Shown here one piece after another: positions 1-8,877 of a DNA stretch of 64,000 nucleotides (positions within the stretch are counted from its first letter, which is position 1; every line of letters starts with the position of its first letter). The position numbers were made by a program, and so were the translations under genes. Under the pieces are notes generated by a model. The model saw only the letters and a list, made by a program, of their open reading frames with translations. It did not search any database and was not told the origin of the DNA. Origin of the DNA: Pseudomonadota bacterium (GTDB lineage: Bacteria; Bdellovibrionota_C; UBA2361; SZUA-149); contig JAKPSH010000207.1 in the NCBI GenBank assembly GCA_029555385.1, positions 7,092-71,091 on the forward strand. The letters are read 5' to 3'.

Positions 1-381
1 ATCACCAGTTTATCGTTCGAGAAGTCCGCGATTGACGGCACAATTGCCAGCCTGAGCAACATTCGCGCAAGCCTCGCTGTTTCCCGCGCAGCTTACGCCT
101 CTGCTGAAACTGATATCGCCGGCGCCGTGGCGCAGCACACCGCAGACGCACTGGCCGATGCATCTGCACAAACTACGCAGACGCTCGACCTCGCGGATAA
201 AATAAAACTATCTATGACCCTGGATAGCATCCCAGATATCAAAGGTTTGGTTGACCTGGAGCAATTGACCGCACCGCCCTTGGCTCGCATTACGCCGCCC
301 GCTCACGGCGCAGCTCAAGAAAAAACCAGGGAAAACGCCGTGCCGCCCAGCCAGCTTGCCGCGCTATCCGCAATTGCATAA
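1..381 (+). CDS. 3' part of a helical protein running in from the window edge; weak resemblance to a flagellin C-terminal helix
   Basis: Frame 1 is open from base 1 (ITSLSFEKSAIDGTIASLSNIRASLAVS...) to TAA at 379-381. AIDGTIASLSNIRASL loosely resembles the flagellin AIDxAIxxVSxxRAxL segment; the product call is weak. Confidence 0.55.
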   Translation: MTSLSFEKSAIDGTIASLSNIRASLAVSRAAYASAETDIAGAVAQHTADALADASAQTTQTLDLADKIKLSMTLDSIPDIKGLVDLEQLTAPPLARITPPAHGAAQEKTRENAVPPSQLAALSAIA

Positions 382-410
382 GCACGGTAAAACAAAAACT
401 TGATTTACAG

Positions 411-439
411 TTGCCATGCTCCGGCGAATTCGCTATAAA
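411..439 (+). promoter_or_regulatory. Sigma70-type promoter
   Basis: TTGCCA (411-416), 17-nt spacer, TATAAA (434-439), upstream of the structured leader of the 822-1490 gene. Confidence 0.55.
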
Positions 440-821
440 AACTAGCTGATTCTAGTTTCATTGCAGGAATATCACATGTTTCCTCAAAACCTGATGCGCA
501 TGGGCATGCCTAAGACCTCCCCGCTTGCTGGGTAAGCGCATCTCTTCAGCGTCTGCCCGGCTGCGGTGAGGTCGTAGCAGGGCAGACGGAATCAAACCAT
601 TTCGCTGCTGCCTAAAACTTTCACCGGATAAAGTCCTTTTGATCTTTTTATAAAAGACAGCCGCGCGCTGAATGGGCGGACGTCTGCCTGCTCTCGGGGA
701 AGAAGCGTTAATTGTGCACCGCTTGCGGCGTCCTGCGCGGCATGCGGCGCACGTCCTGGATGCGGCGAATTTGCCGCAGCACAGGTTTCTTAGAGGTTCA
801 CGATTATGGAGGACGATTGAC

Positions 822-1490
822 ATGAGCGAACGATCCAGCATTCCGAGCATGCCGTCGACACCGAGCGGCGCATCACAGATTTTTGTGAAGCGCCGGACGC
901 GCGGAGAGGAACTGTGCTCCCTTTTGCGGAGCAGGAACCGGGAGAGCGCGCCGGGCACCACGGAAGAGGCGCTTCGCGTCAGCGCCGATGAAGGGTGGCT
1001 TGAATACTTTGTGCCGGGCATCGAGACGCTGTGGAGCAACCCGGAGCGCATCCAAACCCCTCCGGGGACAACTCCCTGGGCGCTCACGACCTTAGCCTGC
1101 GAGAAGGCCTGTTCAGCAGAGGCAAACTTCGGCCTCCGCCTGGCGGCTCTGCTTTTCTGGGCGGAGGCCAGCGTCGAGCAGCGCATGGCTGCGATCTCCG
1201 GGGAGCTGCTGCGTCAAGGTGCGATTCAAGAGCCTTGCACGCTCGCTGGCTGGCTTCAGCTTACGCAGGCTGAACTGGCCATGTGCCGGGAGGTCCTCGC
1301 TCTGACGCGTCAGATGGCTGCGGAACATACCCCCGATGAAAGCCAGACGCAGGCCTTCACACAAAACCAGTACTTTCACTGGGCGCTGCTGCTGCTTCGC
1401 ATAGCCGGCGAAGCGGTCGCCGAACTCGGCGGAGGCAGGTCGTGGCTCGAGACCCACGCTAGGCTTGCTCAACTCCGCCGCGCGGCATAA
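822..1490 (+). CDS. Hypothetical protein
   Basis: GGAGG RBS at 808-812 before ATG 822; GC3-rich codon use; followed by a 13-bp hairpin. Confidence 0.7.
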   Translation: MSERSSIPSMPSTPSGASQIFVKRRTRGEELCSLLRSRNRESAPGTTEEALRVSADEGWLEYFVPGIETLWSNPERIQTPPGTTPWALTTLACEKACSAEANFGLRLAALLFWAEASVEQRMAAISGELLRQGAIQEPCTLAGWLQLTQAELAMCREVLALTRQMAAEHTPDESQTQAFTQNQYFHWALLLLRIAGEAVAELGGGRSWLETHARLAQLRRAA

Positions 1491-1522
1491 GCGGCAAAGT
1501 GGCTCGCAGGAATTCCCTCCAT

Positions 1523-1563
1523 GCGCGTTGGACCCCGCCGGCTTGCCCAAGGGTCCAACGCGC
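1523..1563 (+). terminator. Strong 3' hairpin (terminator or stabiliser, no U-tract)
   Basis: GCGCGTTGGACCC (1523-1535) and GGGTCCAACGCGC (1551-1563) form a perfect 13-bp stem. Confidence 0.5.
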
Positions 1564-1774
1564 TGCCATCGCCATCATCGCACATACAGGAAGGTTCGTG
1601 CCCAGGACGTTGCGGCGCCAAACTATCGCGTCATGAGACTGCACCGCACCGGATCTTTGAAATTTTTCCACTAGGGAATGAGCGCACTGCCCGGGCGGTC
1701 GAGACGGCTGAAAGCAACCAAAACAGCACACCCGTTTCGGCTCGCCCGGAACTGACGAGATAAGGAGATTCTCG

Positions 1775-2383
1775 ATGTTAAACGTTACGGTTAAAAGCGG
1801 CCCGGCCTTGCGCGCCATGGACCACCATGCGGCGCAGCTTGTGCAACTGGTGCACAGCGTCTTTCAGGAAGCGCCGTGGAGCTTCAGCTGGGCCCTTGGC
1901 ACACCTGCGGATAAGCCCGCATCGCGCCAATGCACTGCCTGGGGCTTCTGCAATATCCTCTTCGGCAATGACTCGGACTTGGCGTTGCTCGTGGCTAACG
2001 GCGACAGCCCTCCGGAAGAGCTCCCGCTGCACGCCAGCATCTGCGGCATTGGAGCCGGGCTGCCTCTCACTGAGGCACTGCTCCCGGAGTTCGACCTGGC
2101 AGGAAAAGCCTGCACCGGAGATTATTACCTGGCAACAGCTGCGGTAGCTCCAAAGTTCCGCTCCACGCTCTTGGGCGACAGGAAAGCTTACCGCCATTTG
2201 CTCGAACGCCGCATTGAAGCAGCGAGGACTCGCGGTTGTCCGCGAATCTTTGTCCGGACTATCGACGGTGTGGATAAAATCCAGCACACGCTCCCGCAAT
2301 ACGGCTTTTGCTCACTGGGCAAGAAGACCGTGCAGCAAGCGGGACTTCCGTCCTGCCGGGAATACTTCGTGCTGGACCTTTAA
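1775..2383 (+). CDS. GNAT-family N-acetyltransferase-like protein
   Basis: TAAGGAG RBS; YYLATAAVAPKFRS (motif A-like); LLERRIEAARTRGCPRIFVRT and YGF at the C-terminus. Confidence 0.7.
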   Translation: MLNVTVKSGPALRAMDHHAAQLVQLVHSVFQEAPWSFSWALGTPADKPASRQCTAWGFCNILFGNDSDLALLVANGDSPPEELPLHASICGIGAGLPLTEALLPEFDLAGKACTGDYYLATAAVAPKFRSTLLGDRKAYRHLLERRIEAARTRGCPRIFVRTIDGVDKIQHTLPQYGFCSLGKKTVQQAGLPSCREYFVLDL

Positions 2384-2554
2384 GGGTTTTCATCGCTGCG
2401 GGGCAGAGCCAGAAGCTCAGCCCCGCAGCGAGCGCATCTCCTCTCAAGTTCCGGGCAGCCAGTCAATTTCATTCGCTGGACGAAGCATTTTTTGATATGC
2501 AGCAGTTATTTGCTGCATATTATTTTTTAAGAGAAGCTTTCCGGGGAGCAGGTC

Positions 2555-3727
2555 ATGCACTTTTCAGCCGCGGCACGCGCTATCGATCAGCATCTCGAAA
2601 CAGCAGTCGCACTGTTGCAGCAGACGGCTGAGATTAATAGCTGCTCAGCGAATCCTGCCGGAGTGAACAACGTGCAGGATATATTTCAGTACGAATTTGA
2701 GCGTCTGGGTTTCGCCGTCAATCGCCTCCAACACGAACCTTTCGGCAGCCACTTAACCGCCGCAAACTGCCTTCCCGGACAAACCGCGATTTTGCTGACC
2801 GGACATGCTGACACGGTCCACCCCGCGGACGGCGAATTCCAGAAAGTAGTCCGCGAGAATGATCGCCTCCGAGGCCCCGGCGTCTATGATATGAAAGGCG
2901 GTCTCGTGCTCATCATTCTGGCCTTGAAAGGTCTCGCGGAAACTGGTTTGCTGCACAAGGTGCCGCTTCGCATATTGATTGCAGGAGACGAAGAGATCGG
3001 CCTTCCCGATTCTGCACCCCTGCATCAAGAACTTGGCGAGCTGTCATCTGCTGCTCTTGTTTTCGAATCGGGCCGGGAACAAAACGCTGTAATCACAGCC
3101 CGCCGCGGCTGTGCTTTTTTTAAGCTAGCTGTGCAGGGCAAGTCCGCTCATTCAGGAAGCAGCTTCACGCAAGGCGCAAATGCTATCTGTCAGTTGACCC
3201 ATCTTATTCAACAAATCTCCGCCCTAACTGACTTAGAACGTCAGCTCACGCTCAACGTCGGCGTCATTCAAGGCGGCGAGTCGCCGAATATTGTTCCGGA
3301 TTGCGCGTGGGCGAGTTTCGACCTGCGCTGCGTGAGTAGCGCCGACTTCGAACTCACCTTCAAGGCACTCGCAAAGATCACCGCTGACATTGCCGTTCCC
3401 GGGACAAAAGCCGCGCTGGAGCTGCAACGCTGGGTCAAACCGATGGAGCACTCGAACGAGGCGGCGGCGCTTGCCGCCTCATACCGCAGGGCAGCCGCGC
3501 AGGCCGGTTTCAGCGCAGAACCTTATCCCGGAGTCATTGGCGGCGGCAGTTCAGCGAACTTGCTTTCATCATATGTGCGGACCATCGATGGACTGGGGCC
3601 GTTTGGCTGTGGAGCTCATACCACTGAGGAATGGATGTCCATAGCTTCGCTAAAGGAAAAAGCGCGCGCTTTGGCCTTTTGGCTTATCGATTCTCTGCAA
3701 GAAAACGCGGGCAGATATTCATATTGA
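2555..3727 (+). CDS. M20 family metallopeptidase (glutamate carboxypeptidase G2-like)
   Basis: GHADTV, GPGVYDMKGG, GDEEIG, FE, GKSAHSG and GAHTTEE metal-binding motifs. Confidence 0.9.
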   Translation: MHFSAAARAIDQHLETAVALLQQTAEINSCSANPAGVNNVQDIFQYEFERLGFAVNRLQHEPFGSHLTAANCLPGQTAILLTGHADTVHPADGEFQKVVRENDRLRGPGVYDMKGGLVLIILALKGLAETGLLHKVPLRILIAGDEEIGLPDSAPLHQELGELSSAALVFESGREQNAVITARRGCAFFKLAVQGKSAHSGSSFTQGANAICQLTHLIQQISALTDLERQLTLNVGVIQGGESPNIVPDCAWASFDLRCVSSADFELTFKALAKITADIAVPGTKAALELQRWVKPMEHSNEAAALAASYRRAAAQAGFSAEPYPGVIGGGSSANLLSSYVRTIDGLGPFGCGAHTTEEWMSIASLKEKARALAFWLIDSLQENAGRYSY

Positions 3728-3896
3728 ACAGCCGGATTATTGACAGCTCGCGTTGGCCTAGCCACCCTATTTCCGATAAGCCGCACGTAATTAGTCTTTG
3801 ACTGCAACTTGTGCTAAGTTAAATGAAAACTAGGCGTTAGCTTTTCAACTCCCTAATCCGGGAGTCGAGCTCTTCTGATAATAAACGGCACGTGCC

Positions 3897-4283
3897 ATGA
3901 AAGTCTTCGAACTAGCAAAGGAACTTGGACTCTCTTCGAAGGAACTGCTCAGCTTAATTCGTGATTGCCGCCTCCCTCAGCCGGCCAATCACTTTGCTGC
4001 AATTGATGATGAAGCTGCGGCTGCGGTCCGGCGCCATTTTATCCGGCGGGTGGTTAGTCAATCCGCGCCTCTAAACGATGAACTGCCTCCAGCGCCAGAA
4101 GCACCCGCGAGGCAGGCGCAGGCAACTACAGTTGTCGTGCGCAAGCGAGGCGGCTTAAACTCTGAACATCGAACTTTGCTGAACTCCCGTGGCGCACCCC
4201 AACAGAACGCCGGACTGCCCAACACACTGCTCGGTGTCGCCGTCAAAAACAAAAAAGAGCCCCAAGGCCGGGTCAAGCCTTAG
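3897..4283 (+). CDS. Stand-alone translation initiation factor IF-2 N-terminal domain protein
   Basis: MKVFELAKELGLSSKELL...IDDE matches the IF2_N signature; no GTPase domain follows. Confidence 0.75.
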   Translation: MKVFELAKELGLSSKELLSLIRDCRLPQPANHFAAIDDEAAAAVRRHFIRRVVSQSAPLNDELPPAPEAPARQAQATTVVVRKRGGLNSEHRTLLNSRGAPQQNAGLPNTLLGVAVKNKKEPQGRVKP

Positions 4284-4317
4284 GACTCATCACAACAGCC
4301 GTCCGGAAATGGCGAGG

Positions 4318-4893
4318 TTACTTCGCGGTAAAGTTCCGCAGGTTCTCTTCAATAATCTGTTTATTCACGGCAAGCAGTTTATTGGCATCCCGGGTTTCTT
4401 CGTAAGTTTGGCGAATTGCAAACAGAAACACATTTCTCATTTTTTGGTCCTTGATATTCTTTAGCTGCGAGTCGAAGAACAACACCGCTTCCTCCGGCTT
4501 GTTAATCCGTTTGTAGTGCTGCTTCACTCCCAACACCGCCAGACTTGTGGCCTGATACGGGTCCTGCACAGCGGCTTGATACTGCTTGACCAAATGCAGA
4601 AACTGCCCCATGCGTCCTTCGGGACGGCCGGCACCCGCTCCCCGTCCGTATCTTGGGCCATCATCAGAGCGTTGATGTTTGCGCCGCCGGAAATCCTCCC
4701 GGCGTTTTCCCGGACGCTCGTCCCGCCATGCCTCCGGACCAGGCCCGGAGAGGTCTTCAAGAACCGGCGGCGCATCCTCGGGTGGTGGCGGCTCTTGGGT
4801 CTGGGCCGCGGCGTTCAGCGAAGCTGCTGAAAGAAAAAACACTGTGCCAAGCAACAATAAAGCCGCGGCATGTAAAACCGGCTGATTAAGCAT
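4318..4893 (-). CDS. Secreted/periplasmic protein in the ECF sigma operon
   Basis: Signal peptide (AAALLLLGTVFFLSAASLNAAAQ), Pro/Arg/Gly-rich linker, helical C-terminus; start overlaps the upstream stop. Confidence 0.75.
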   Translation of the reverse strand: MLNQPVLHAAALLLLGTVFFLSAASLNAAAQTQEPPPPEDAPPVLEDLSGPGPEAWRDERPGKRREDFRRRKHQRSDDGPRYGRGAGAGRPEGRMGQFLHLVKQYQAAVQDPYQATSLAVLGVKQHYKRINKPEEAVLFFDSQLKNIKDQKMRNVFLFAIRQTYEETRDANKLLAVNKQIIEENLRNFTAK

Positions 4894-5404
4894 TGCTCTT
4901 GTCTTCGGAACCATACATTACTCCTTCAGTTTGATTGTCATACATTTCTTCAGCGGTCAGGCTAAATTCCGGCGGGTCAAGCTCCTCTTCGCTCTGCTCA
5001 AGCTCAGCAAACATTGTCCCGCTTTCCTCCCATAGACTTCCCGTGTCAGCGACGAACTCTTCGTGCATCTCCACGAAATCTTGCGCCGTTAAAGAAGAAT
5101 CCTCGCTGACTTGCTCAAGCGTGCTCTCAGTCAACTTAACCACTGCTGGCTGCTCCTCACTGCGAAACAGCACCACAAGCACGAATACCGCCGCCGCAAG
5201 CGCAAACGGCACAGCAACCGGACGGAGATGAACCGGGCTCAGCGCACGGCGCTGCTGCGGTATTTCCACTCGATCAATAATCGACGCCAGCACGCGATCC
5301 CGCGACTTTAGGGAAACGGCAGTCAAAGCAGCACGCACTTCCGGAGCTGTCGCACGAAGCAACTGATCAATTCGTCTGTCTTTTTCCGTCTCCGTCTTGT
5401 CCAT
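4886..5404 (-). CDS. Putative single-pass anti-sigma factor
   Basis: Directly downstream of the ECF sigma; one TM helix (VAVPFALAAAVFVLVVLF) and an acidic periplasmic tail; GAGG RBS. Confidence 0.7.
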   Translation of the reverse strand: MDKTETEKDRRIDQLLRATAPEVRAALTAVSLKSRDRVLASIIDRVEIPQQRRALSPVHLRPVAVPFALAAAVFVLVVLFRSEEQPAVVKLTESTLEQVSEDSSLTAQDFVEMHEEFVADTGSLWEESGTMFAELEQSEEELDPPEFSLTAEEMYDNQTEGVMYGSEDKSNA

Positions 5405-5424
5405 CAATTTTCCTCAAAGGCGAG

Positions 5425-6063
5425 TCACAAAAGCTGTTCCATTCCTTCACCATGCTCGTCAAACCAGGATCGCAGCTTCTTTCTTGCCCGCAACAGATGA
5501 GTTTTAACCGAACTTGCCGAACAACCCATGCGTCTTGCCGTTTCTTCAATCGAGAGATCCTCGTAGTAATGAAGAAACACCGCTTGACGCTGAGCCTCTG
5601 CAAGCCGTCGCACGCCATCCAGCACACGGCGTCCGCGCTCCGATACCAGCCGGCGCGTCTCACCGTCAGGAAAAACTGCATCCACTCCCCGTGCGCATTC
5701 CTCCCGGAATTCTTCCTGCTCCCGCTCAAAAAAACTCAACAAGCGGTAGTGCCGCTTGCGGTGGCGCTTCACCGTGCGGCGTGCGATGGCGAAGAGCCAA
5801 GTCTTAAGCGACGAACGAAAGCTGAACGAGCCGATGCTCTTTGTCAGCTCCAGCATAATCTGCTGCACGCATTCCTCGGCAAGCTCGCGGCTGCTTGTCT
5901 CGAACAAGCACATCCGCATCAACCAGTCATACTGGCGCTCGACAAGGCATCCCAGGGACTGGCGCGCCTCGGCAGACTGGCGCAGCGCAAGCCGCTCTTG
6001 CACCTCCCGGACTAACTCTTCATCTGTCATTGCGTCCGGTCTCACTCTCCTCCCCGGCTTCAT
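5425..6063 (-). CDS. ECF (sigma-70 group 4) RNA polymerase sigma factor
   Basis: Region 2 AEECVQQ...FSFRSSLKTWLFAIARR; region 4 LAEAQRQAVFLHYYEDLSIEETARRMGCSASSVKTHLLRARKKL. Confidence 0.92.
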   Translation of the reverse strand: MKPGRRVRPDAMTDEELVREVQERLALRQSAEARQSLGCLVERQYDWLMRMCLFETSSRELAEECVQQIMLELTKSIGSFSFRSSLKTWLFAIARRTVKRHRKRHYRLLSFFEREQEEFREECARGVDAVFPDGETRRLVSERGRRVLDGVRRLAEAQRQAVFLHYYEDLSIEETARRMGCSASSVKTHLLRARKKLRSWFDEHGEGMEQLL

Positions 6064-6347
6064 GTGCTTTAGTTAGTGACCCACCGCCAGGATTTGGTTT
6101 ACTCGCTGACTAAATATCCCATCCCCGCAGACTAAAAGGAGGCATCTGCCCCACATTTCGCCCAATTTGATGTGAAGCAACCAATGCACAATTATCCAAC
6201 ATCCTCTCCAAGCGATGGAAATTACACATAAAATTTGCCAGCCTCCGGGAATCTTTTAGATGAAGCAAAACTCTCCGCATCGCGGATAAGAAGATATAGC
6301 ACGGGGCGCACGGTCCCGGCAGAAACTTATACGGGGTTCGAAGAGCC

Positions 6348-7025
6348 ATGAACGAGCACACACCATCAGCAGGAAGAGACAACAAGACCACCTGTTTCAA
6401 CGGCATCCTCATTCAAGAAGCTGCAGCAGCTACAACTTGGGCGATGGTTGCGTGTTTGGCGGTAATAGCTTTCTATCTCAAGTACGGCAAAGCGTATCTG
6501 GACAGCAATCTTGCTCCGTTTTATCACAACTTGATTGTGTTGACGCTGGCCATGGCCACTGTCTTCACCGTCGGTTGCGTGCTGCACATGATTTTTATCG
6601 GCGACCGGTCTGCACGCGAACTGCGCAGCGAACTGCGCAAGAAGAATGAAGCAGCAGCGGTATTCATCGCTTATGCACAAAAGCGCATCTGCGAACTGCA
6701 TCCCGAGGTGCTGCGCCATGTTTCGCATATTCGTCCCCGCAGCATGGAGAACATCAGCCAGGCGCGCAGAATTATTCATGCGCTCAATCAGCGAACCGAA
6801 GAGATACGTGCTCTGCTCGCCAGCAACGATAAAATTGACATTATTGACGCCCACGAACTGCTCGGCCAGCCGTTGATTATTGTTGAAAACTGCGTGAATT
6901 CTCTGATTGGCGCTGAACCTCTGCCGCCGATTGAAGCAGATCAAGTGATTTCGACCGTGGAGCAGATGTTCGAGGAAATCGAGGCGGACTTGAAACGCAT
7001 CGCCATTCGCCGCCGCGCGGCCTAG
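6348..7025 (+). CDS. Hypothetical membrane protein (2 N-terminal TM helices plus helical domain)
   Basis: 225-aa ORF with two hydrophobic segments; converges tightly on the 7028 gene. Confidence 0.75.
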   Translation: MNEHTPSAGRDNKTTCFNGILIQEAAAATTWAMVACLAVIAFYLKYGKAYLDSNLAPFYHNLIVLTLAMATVFTVGCVLHMIFIGDRSARELRSELRKKNEAAAVFIAYAQKRICELHPEVLRHVSHIRPRSMENISQARRIIHALNQRTEEIRALLASNDKIDIIDAHELLGQPLIIVENCVNSLIGAEPLPPIEADQVISTVEQMFEEIEADLKRIAIRRRAA

Positions 7026-7027
7026 GC

Positions 7028-7516
7028 TTACTTCTTTTTGATAATTTTCGCTTTGGGGAGTCCGTACAGGCTTCCCCGGCGCCAGCCAAAGTACGCGCCG
7101 AATACAAGAAAGTTCATCAGCACATACACCAGGGCAATCGCGAAACCCCATTCGGGCCGCTGATCACTGCTCGAGTTCAAAAGAGCAGTATCCAAACGAA
7201 AAAAAGCTGAACACGGAAACGCCAGCAAAAAAAGTACGACGGAAATAACAAGCCTCACATTAACCAGAATATTTTCATCGAGCAGCTCGAAATAATTGAT
7301 TACACTCCACACGGCGACAACACCCGCAACGCAACCGAACACTTTTAGTGCGGCCCACATTCCCCGGCACCAAGGAGGAAAAGTCGTCACCCCTTGCGCA
7401 GAATTCTCGCGTGCTTTCACCTGCCTGGGGGCGCTTCCCGCCGGCCTACTGGAAGCCGACTGCGGCTCCACCGCGCCCGGTGTTTGCACTTTTTGCTTTC
7501 CGTTTCCGTCGGCCAT
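7028..7516 (-). CDS. Hypothetical membrane protein (3 TM)
   Basis: Three hydrophobic segments and a basic C-terminal tail. Confidence 0.7.
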   Translation of the reverse strand: MADGNGKQKVQTPGAVEPQSASSRPAGSAPRQVKARENSAQGVTTFPPWCRGMWAALKVFGCVAGVVAVWSVINYFELLDENILVNVRLVISVVLFLLAFPCSAFFRLDTALLNSSSDQRPEWGFAIALVYVLMNFLVFGAYFGWRRGSLYGLPKAKIIKKK

Positions 7517-7686
7517 CAGAACAAGTATTCAGTTATCAGCGTTATTTCTAGCGCACCCGGCGTTAACAGATAAATAGTCTGAAACAATTCATACGCCGTG
7601 ATAATCTAATCTAGTAGGCGGCTGCAAAAATGCAAGGTTCTTAATTGGGGACATCCCCAAGGTTATATTTTGAGGAGTTTTGTCGG

Positions 7687-7938
7687 ATGAATAGCGGAAG
7701 GTTATCTCAACGCGAAATTGAAGAAAGGTTTGTGTTGGTGGCAAACGCTCTTTATGAATATTTCCCCGATCTTGATTTGCGATTCAACCTGCGCTGCGGC
7801 ACAACCAAAGCCCGCTGCCTCTTGCCGCATCCCACAAAAAAAGCGCTCCGGCTTCCGCTAGGCGATAAAAGTGCCGAGGATGTCGTGCGCGACGCTGTTT
7901 GGGCAATTAAGTCACTGACCCGCCGCTTCGACGATTAG
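7687..7938 (+). CDS. Small hypothetical protein
   Basis: GAGGAG RBS before ATG 7687; its TAG stop abuts a MITE half-copy. Confidence 0.65.
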   Translation: MNSGRLSQREIEERFVLVANALYEYFPDLDLRFNLRCGTTKARCLLPHPTKKALRLPLGDKSAEDVVRDAVWAIKSLTRRFDD

Positions 7939-7968
7939 CATTACTCCGGTAGGCCTGCTTCTTTGACC
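7935..7968. repeat. Truncated copy of MITE family B
   Basis: TTAG+CATTACTCCGGTAGGCCTGCTTCTTTGACC is the reverse complement of 8832-8865 with 3 mismatches. Confidence 0.75.
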
Positions 7969-8098
7969 CAGCTAACGAGTCAGCAACACAGGCGAACCAT
8001 TCTCATCAGTCCGATATGCCCAATTTCAACCGTTGTACCAAATGCGGCAGTCGTGTAGCATGCCCTTGGTCTTTTTCAATTCTGCGCGCCGAGGACCG

Positions 8099-8662
8099 AT
8101 GAACGAAGCCCGCTCCATTTTTTTTCTTCTCGCCTGCTTATGCACTACCGCATGCTTTTCCTCGGCAAGGGGACCTATTGAGCCGAGCCGCACCGAGGCC
8201 GCACACATGCAAACAGCAGCACCGCCGCAAGCTCAAGCCGAAAATCCGAGTAAAACCACCGAGATTACGCTCGAACGCCCCATGTCTATCCCGGATCTGG
8301 CCTCGGGGAAGACAAAACCACCTACAGGTGAAGAATTCAGTGAACAGTTGGGTAAATCCGGGCGAAAATGGTTCTATGGTGGAGGAATCGGCCGCACGAT
8401 GGTCAACGTGGGCACAGCAGTGATTTTTCCCCCTTATGCGCTCTACCTGGTGGGCAACGCCGGACTTGCGCTTGCCGGCTATGAACCGCTTAAGGCAACG
8501 GATTTGATCCCTGGCCAAGGCAAGGAGTATGTTCTGGGAGCCTATAACGGAGTCACTTCGGTTCCTGGCCGGGTCAATGCGCTTGTCGCCGGGGAGGATT
8601 TTCAGGAAGATGCACCACGGCCTAAAGGGCCTGTCGCAAAATGGGCTCCGCAGCGAGAATGA
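8099..8662 (+). CDS. Hypothetical lipoprotein; C-terminus supplied by an inserted MITE
   Basis: GAGG RBS; lipobox-like LCTTAC; last residues GPVAKWAPQRE* are read from MITE A. Confidence 0.75.
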   Translation: MNEARSIFFLLACLCTTACFSSARGPIEPSRTEAAHMQTAAPPQAQAENPSKTTEITLERPMSIPDLASGKTKPPTGEEFSEQLGKSGRKWFYGGGIGRTMVNVGTAVIFPPYALYLVGNAGLALAGYEPLKATDLIPGQGKEYVLGAYNGVTSVPGRVNALVAGEDFQEDAPRPKGPVAKWAPQRE

Positions 8663-8740
8663 GAGATTTCAGACACGCCCCGTCGCAGTCGCAGCCAAAA
8701 TCTCTCATTCGCAGCAGGGACTGCATTTTGCGACAGGCCC
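8626..8740. mobile_element. MITE-like palindromic element, family A
   Basis: Perfect 17-bp TIR GGGCCTGTCGCAAAATG (8627-8643) / CATTTTGCGACAGGCCC (8724-8740); internal IR GAATGAGAGATTT/AAATCTCTCATTC; CTAA direct repeats at 8622-8625 and 8741-8744; half copy at 40420-40469. Confidence 0.8.
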
Positions 8741-8744
8741 CTAA

Positions 8745-8861
8745 CATTACTCCGTTAGGTTGTGGATGTGAGGCGATTTTCGCTAAACGGGAATCGTGAG
8801 CAGCGGAGCGATATCCCGTTTAGTGAAAATCGGCCAAAGACGCAGGCCTAACGGAGTAATG
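8745..8861. mobile_element. MITE-like palindromic element, family B
   Basis: Perfect 15-bp TIR CATTACTCCGTTAGG (8745-8759) / CCTAACGGAGTAATG (8847-8861); internal IR GATTTTCGCTAAACGGGA/TCCCGTTTAGTGAAAATC; CTAA duplication at 8741-8744 and 8862-8865. Confidence 0.8.
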
Positions 8862-8877
8862 CTAAAGAGACTAATTG

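Noticed and set aside
458..1186. 242-aa minus-strand ORF
   Set aside because: Antisense to the RBS-supported 822-1490 gene and its leader; Arg/Ser-rich shadow composition.
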